From assembly GCA_035996265.1 (NCBI GenBank), contig DASYJQ010000041.1, positions 1-38,762 of the forward strand: DNA of 38,762 nt, read 5' to 3'. Under the pieces are notes generated by a model. It had not been told where the DNA came from. It searched no databases and was given only the letters and a program-made list of their open reading frames with translations. Positions within the stretch are counted from its first letter, which is position 1. Each line of letters opens with the position of its first letter. Of this stretch, positions 35,257 through 38,762 are shown in pieces. Origin of the DNA: Candidatus Saccharimonadales bacterium. Lineage in GTDB: Bacteria > Patescibacteriota > Saccharimonadia > Saccharimonadales > UBA4665. Made by a program: the position numbers and the translations under genes.

Positions 35257-36726
35257 ATGGCAGAGAATTTACCCGAGACCCCATATGGTAACACTCCAAT
35301 CTTTGATGGACTGTTGCAGGAGTTTGGGCCGGAATTTGCCGCCGAACTCGCAGCGACAAGCGAAACTGCCGCCAATGAGAACCTCGGCGAACACCTATTA
35401 GAAATCGAGCAACGACTAGACTACGACGCCCTCGTAGCCGCCGTAGCACAGGAAACGCCAACAGGCGTAGAGGATTCCGAAAAATCCAACACTCTGTACG
35501 AACAATCGCTATTGTTTATGACTACCCGGCGGACCCGGCGCGAAGGGAATATGTTGAGCGTTGAGGAAGCGCAACACGTCGGCGAAACGCTTGCCGGATA
35601 CGAAACGCAATGGGACCAAAACGGTCTATTGTTACGCGGTAGGCAAGCTCTGCTTAGCGACGATGAAGCGCAGCGTATGGACGATGAGGCCAATATATTC
35701 TTACACGCCGTGCATGATATGCTGCACCGCACCGCCACATTGAACAACCGTTACGGATTATGGATAAGCCCCGACGGACCCAAAATGAGCCTGCTCGGTC
35801 GGCAGTTCCGTCGTTTAACAATGTTGCTCATAGCGAGCGACAGCTCCGGCGAGTCCGATGTTACTAATCCACTCTTAGCCAGTGCTATCGAAAAGTATAT
35901 AGAAAAACAACTACCGGACCTGCCATCATATTATGTGGAAACCGGCACTGACTCAAAATTCTACGAAACATATACAACCGAGGCCCGGCAGATAGAGGCT
36001 AAGCCGCTTGTCGATGCTCTCGAAATTACCGGCAGCTGGCAGATCCCTCATATGCCCGACCAATCTGTAATACGCGGCTTCATCGAAAAAAACATACCGC
36101 CCATAGCTATTCAGCAGGTCAAAAAGATTGAATTCCGCAACCTTACAAACGAAGAAAAAGAGCTGGCGCAACCTTTTAACCCAGCTGGCATCCTTAAGAT
36201 GAGTGACAGCGGGGAATCGACTATAGTAATATCGGTCGAATGTACCCAGGAATATGTTGATAGCCTGGCCAAGCAAGGGGTACCTCCGCACCTGATTGAA
36301 GCGAAAGTCAAAGATTGCATACTTTATTACGTGGCGCATGAATACGCGCATGCCTTCCACTCGCTCCTGCCGGCAAGCGCCTTGGAACATTGGGAAAACA
36401 CAATTGCCTCCGACGACGTGAATATAACCGCCTACGTACAAGCGACACAGGATCTCGGTAAAGATCGCGACCACGCCGAACGTATCGCCGACGCAGTAGC
36501 AATGTACGCCATCAGGCCGCAGGACCTGCAGGTCATCTCTGAAGCGACGTTTAATGCCGTCCAGCGCCTGTATGCTGACTTTCACCCCGAGCATGAATCC
36601 CTCAAGACATGGGCGGATCTGTTAATTCGAATTTCGAGCCAACTGTTGCAGGATGGAGGTGTCTCACGGAGCAGTTACAGAGCATCATTATTAGTCCATC
36701 AGCATAAAATCGATTCACAGCCCTAG
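35257..36726 (+). CDS. Hypothetical protein with a C-terminal zincin-type metallopeptidase motif
   Basis: VAHEYAHAF (HExxH), then ITAYV and ERIADAVAMY (third-ligand-like helix). Confidence 0.7.
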   Translation: MAENLPETPYGNTPIFDGLLQEFGPEFAAELAATSETAANENLGEHLLEIEQRLDYDALVAAVAQETPTGVEDSEKSNTLYEQSLLFMTTRRTRREGNMLSVEEAQHVGETLAGYETQWDQNGLLLRGRQALLSDDEAQRMDDEANIFLHAVHDMLHRTATLNNRYGLWISPDGPKMSLLGRQFRRLTMLLIASDSSGESDVTNPLLASAIEKYIEKQLPDLPSYYVETGTDSKFYETYTTEARQIEAKPLVDALEITGSWQIPHMPDQSVIRGFIEKNIPPIAIQQVKKIEFRNLTNEEKELAQPFNPAGILKMSDSGESTIVISVECTQEYVDSLAKQGVPPHLIEAKVKDCILYYVAHEYAHAFHSLLPASALEHWENTIASDDVNITAYVQATQDLGKDRDHAERIADAVAMYAIRPQDLQVISEATFNAVQRLYADFHPEHESLKTWADLLIRISSQLLQDGGVSRSSYRASLLVHQHKIDSQP

Positions 36727-36750
36727 ATACTACTTGTTACTATAGGTGTG

Positions 36751-37395
36751 ATGAAACTACATGCGCTGAAGCTAGCTGACAAATCGACGCTGACACTGAT
36801 AAACGTCAGCAAGCTTGCAGCCGAAGCCACGCTGGAGCAAGCCTACTTGCAATCCGCTGACGCTGCCGGCATCATGGTTAAAAACCTGGGCTTCGATGAA
36901 TCTATACTCGAAAAAGTCGTGCTGGCCGAAGCTAAGTTGGAACGATTCAGCCTCACCGACAGCGAACTGCGGGCCTGCGATTTGTCGGCGGCGCGCTGTT
37001 CCAATGCCTCGTTTATTCGGGCGCGGATTGTTGGTGGGCGCCTGACCGGCACTGACCTCAGCCGCGGCACGCTCAAAGATGTCACCTTTGAAGACTGCAA
37101 ATTAGACATGACTAACTTCCGCTACGCCAAGCTAACACGCGTGCGGTTTATAAACTGCATGCTGGCCGAGACCGACTTTCAGGTCGCTGAGTTGCACGAC
37201 ATTGAATTCCAGGGCTGCACGCTCGATCGCGCAGAATTCGGCCATGCCCGCGTCAAAAACGTCGATGCCCGCACGTCGCAGCTCATCGATATCCGCGGCT
37301 GGGAGTACCTTAAAGGCCTAACCGTCGATTCCATGCAGCTGGCGGCCGTGGCGCCGCAACTGGCGCTGGAGCTCGGCCTGATCATAAAAGACTAG
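36751..37395 (+). CDS. Pentapeptide repeat protein
   Basis: Runs such as CDLSA-ARCSN-ASFIR, TDLSR-GTLKD-VTFED-CKLDM-TNFRY-AKLTR; TGtTACTAT 7 nt before the ATG. Confidence 0.9.
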   Translation: MKLHALKLADKSTLTLINVSKLAAEATLEQAYLQSADAAGIMVKNLGFDESILEKVVLAEAKLERFSLTDSELRACDLSAARCSNASFIRARIVGGRLTGTDLSRGTLKDVTFEDCKLDMTNFRYAKLTRVRFINCMLAETDFQVAELHDIEFQGCTLDRAEFGHARVKNVDARTSQLIDIRGWEYLKGLTVDSMQLAAVAPQLALELGLIIKD

Positions 37396-37436
37396 GGTTG
37401 TCAGCCCGCGCTGGTCTGCTGTAGTCTACAAAGACT

Positions 37437-38762
37437 ATGAATACCATCAAATGCAGTAATTGCGGTGAAGAGATTGAGATCAGCTCGGCCTTGCAGGGCC
37501 AGATTGAAGAGCAGGCCTTAAAAGCCGAACACCAGAAGCATGCTGCTGAATTGGAAAAAATCAAAGCCGAGGCCGCCGCCCAAGCCAAACAAGATACCGA
37601 AGCCGCATTAACCGCCGCCAAAAAGCGGCTGGCCGGCGAAAAGGAAATCCTCCAGCAAGAGGCTGCCGCCGAAATCGAACTAGCCAAAAAGAAACTGGAA
37701 TCCGAATTACTTAGCCAGCAGAAAAAATCAGCCAGCGAGCAGGAATTGCTCGTTAAATCGCTCAAAGAAGATGCCGAGCATGCCAAGGAAAATAGTACGC
37801 AATTGACCGCACAACTCACCGAACTGACCCAGGCGCTGCGCGAAGAAAAGAAAGCCAAAGAAAACGCCGAGCTGGAAATGCAAAAGAAGCTCAGCATCGA
37901 GCAAGACAAAATCCGCGAAGAAATCACGAAATCTTCCGACGAAAAATACCGCCTGCTGCTGGCCGAGCAAGAAAAGAAACTAAGCGACACCAAAAAAGCG
38001 CTGGAAGAAGCCCAGCGCAAAGCCGCCCAAGGCTCGCAGCAATTGCAGGGCGAAATCATGGAACTCGACCTCGAAGAAGCGCTCGGTAACGCTTTCCGCG
38101 ACGACGATATCGAGCCGGTGGCCAAGGGCGTGCGCGGCGGCGACATCAAGCACACCGTCAAAAGTACCCGCGGCACGGCATGCGGCGTTATATTGTGGGA
38201 GATCAAGCGCACCAAAAACTGGACCGACGGTTGGATACCCAAACTTAAAGAAGACTTGCGCAACGAGCGCGCCAACATTCCGGTCATTGTTACCGAAATC
38301 ATGCCCAAACAAGTTACCGAAGACATGGGGCATTTAAATGGCGTGTGGGTTTGCAAACCGGCACTGACCATTATTCTCGGCACGCTGCTGCGCAAAGGGC
38401 TGTTAGATGTAGGCATGCAAAAAGCTCTCGGAGAAAACCGCGGCACCAAAGCCGACGCCTTGTTTAACTTTGTCACCAGCCACGAATTCGTCCAGCAAGT
38501 GGAATCCATGGTCGAGACTTACCAGGATATGGCTTTGCAGATCAGCAAAGAAAAAATCGCTTTCCAAAAAATATGGGCCCAGCGCGAAGCCCAGGCTCAA
38601 AGCTTATTGCTCAACACGGCCAACATCATCGGCAGCATGCAGGGTCACATCGGTCAGGCATCGATGCCGAAGATCAAGGGCCTGGAACTTATGGAAGCCG
38701 GCGCCCCGCTCGACGAGCTTACGGACGACAACAACACCGGTGAGGAAAACACATTACCCCTG
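37437..38762 (+). CDS. DUF2130 domain protein (coiled coil plus PD-(D/E)xK-like domain), truncated at the window end
   Basis: Manual translation: MNTIKCSNCGEEIEIS...long coiled coil...QGSQQLQGEIMELDLE...D.IEPVAKGVRGGDI...ILWEIKRTKNWTDGWIPKLKED; open to 38762. Confidence 0.88.
   Translation, partial: MNTIKCSNCGEEIEISSALQGQIEEQALKAEHQKHAAELEKIKAEAAAQAKQDTEAALTAAKKRLAGEKEILQQEAAAEIELAKKKLESELLSQQKKSASEQELLVKSLKEDAEHAKENSTQLTAQLTELTQALREEKKAKENAELEMQKKLSIEQDKIREEITKSSDEKYRLLLAEQEKKLSDTKKALEEAQRKAAQGSQQLQGEIMELDLEEALGNAFRDDDIEPVAKGVRGGDIKHTVKSTRGTACGVILWEIKRTKNWTDGWIPKLKEDLRNERANIPVIVTEIMPKQVTEDMGHLNGVWVCKPALTIILGTLLRKGLLDVGMQKALGENRGTKADALFNFVTSHEFVQQVESMVETYQDMALQISKEKIAFQKIWAQREAQAQSLLLNTANIIGSMQGHIGQASMPKIKGLELMEAGAPLDELTDDNNTGEENTLPL

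Noticed and set aside
36751-37395. Qnr/MfpA quinolone-resistance call
   Set aside because: Pentapeptide repeats are generic, and no specific assignment can be made without a search.
37382-38509. 375-aa minus-strand ORF
   Set aside because: Antisense shadow of the plus-strand DUF2130 gene; its Ser/Phe/Leu-rich composition mirrors Glu/Lys codons.

Overview
Bacterial chromosomal DNA read with the standard code (TGA is a stop). The gene content, short ATP synthase delta subunit, compact spacing and many orphan genes best fit Candidatus Saccharibacteria (TM7, Patescibacteria/CPR); this is inferred, not shown. The left end is an F0F1 ATP synthase operon (atpI-B-E-F-H-A-G-[orphan]-D, minus strand). 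It is followed by stress and housekeeping genes (glutaredoxin, cobalamin adenosyltransferase, CIRCE-controlled Hsp20, thermonuclease, GT2 plus two GH-A hydrolases, smpB). Next come a tRNA-Asn(GTT) gene split inside its anticodon by a 264-nt group I intron, two large secreted beta-propeller proteins, a PL7 lyase with a class F sortase, a pentapeptide-repeat protein and a truncated DUF2130 gene. The most unusual signal is a shared acidic N-terminal leader (ITA[HQ]...[DE]ITAT...DPR) on three unrelated enzyme-like orphans: a 2OG-Fe(II)/DUF1826-like oxygenase, an SF2 helicase and a tandem kinase. The helicase and kinase genes are divergent and carry a perfect in-frame 47-bp inverted repeat around their promoter region. 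This is a candidate modular effector or export-signal family with a possibly invertible promoter-leader cassette. Many genes appear leaderless, with a -10 box 6-10 nt before the start codon. No CRISPR array, rRNA, integrase or transposase was seen.
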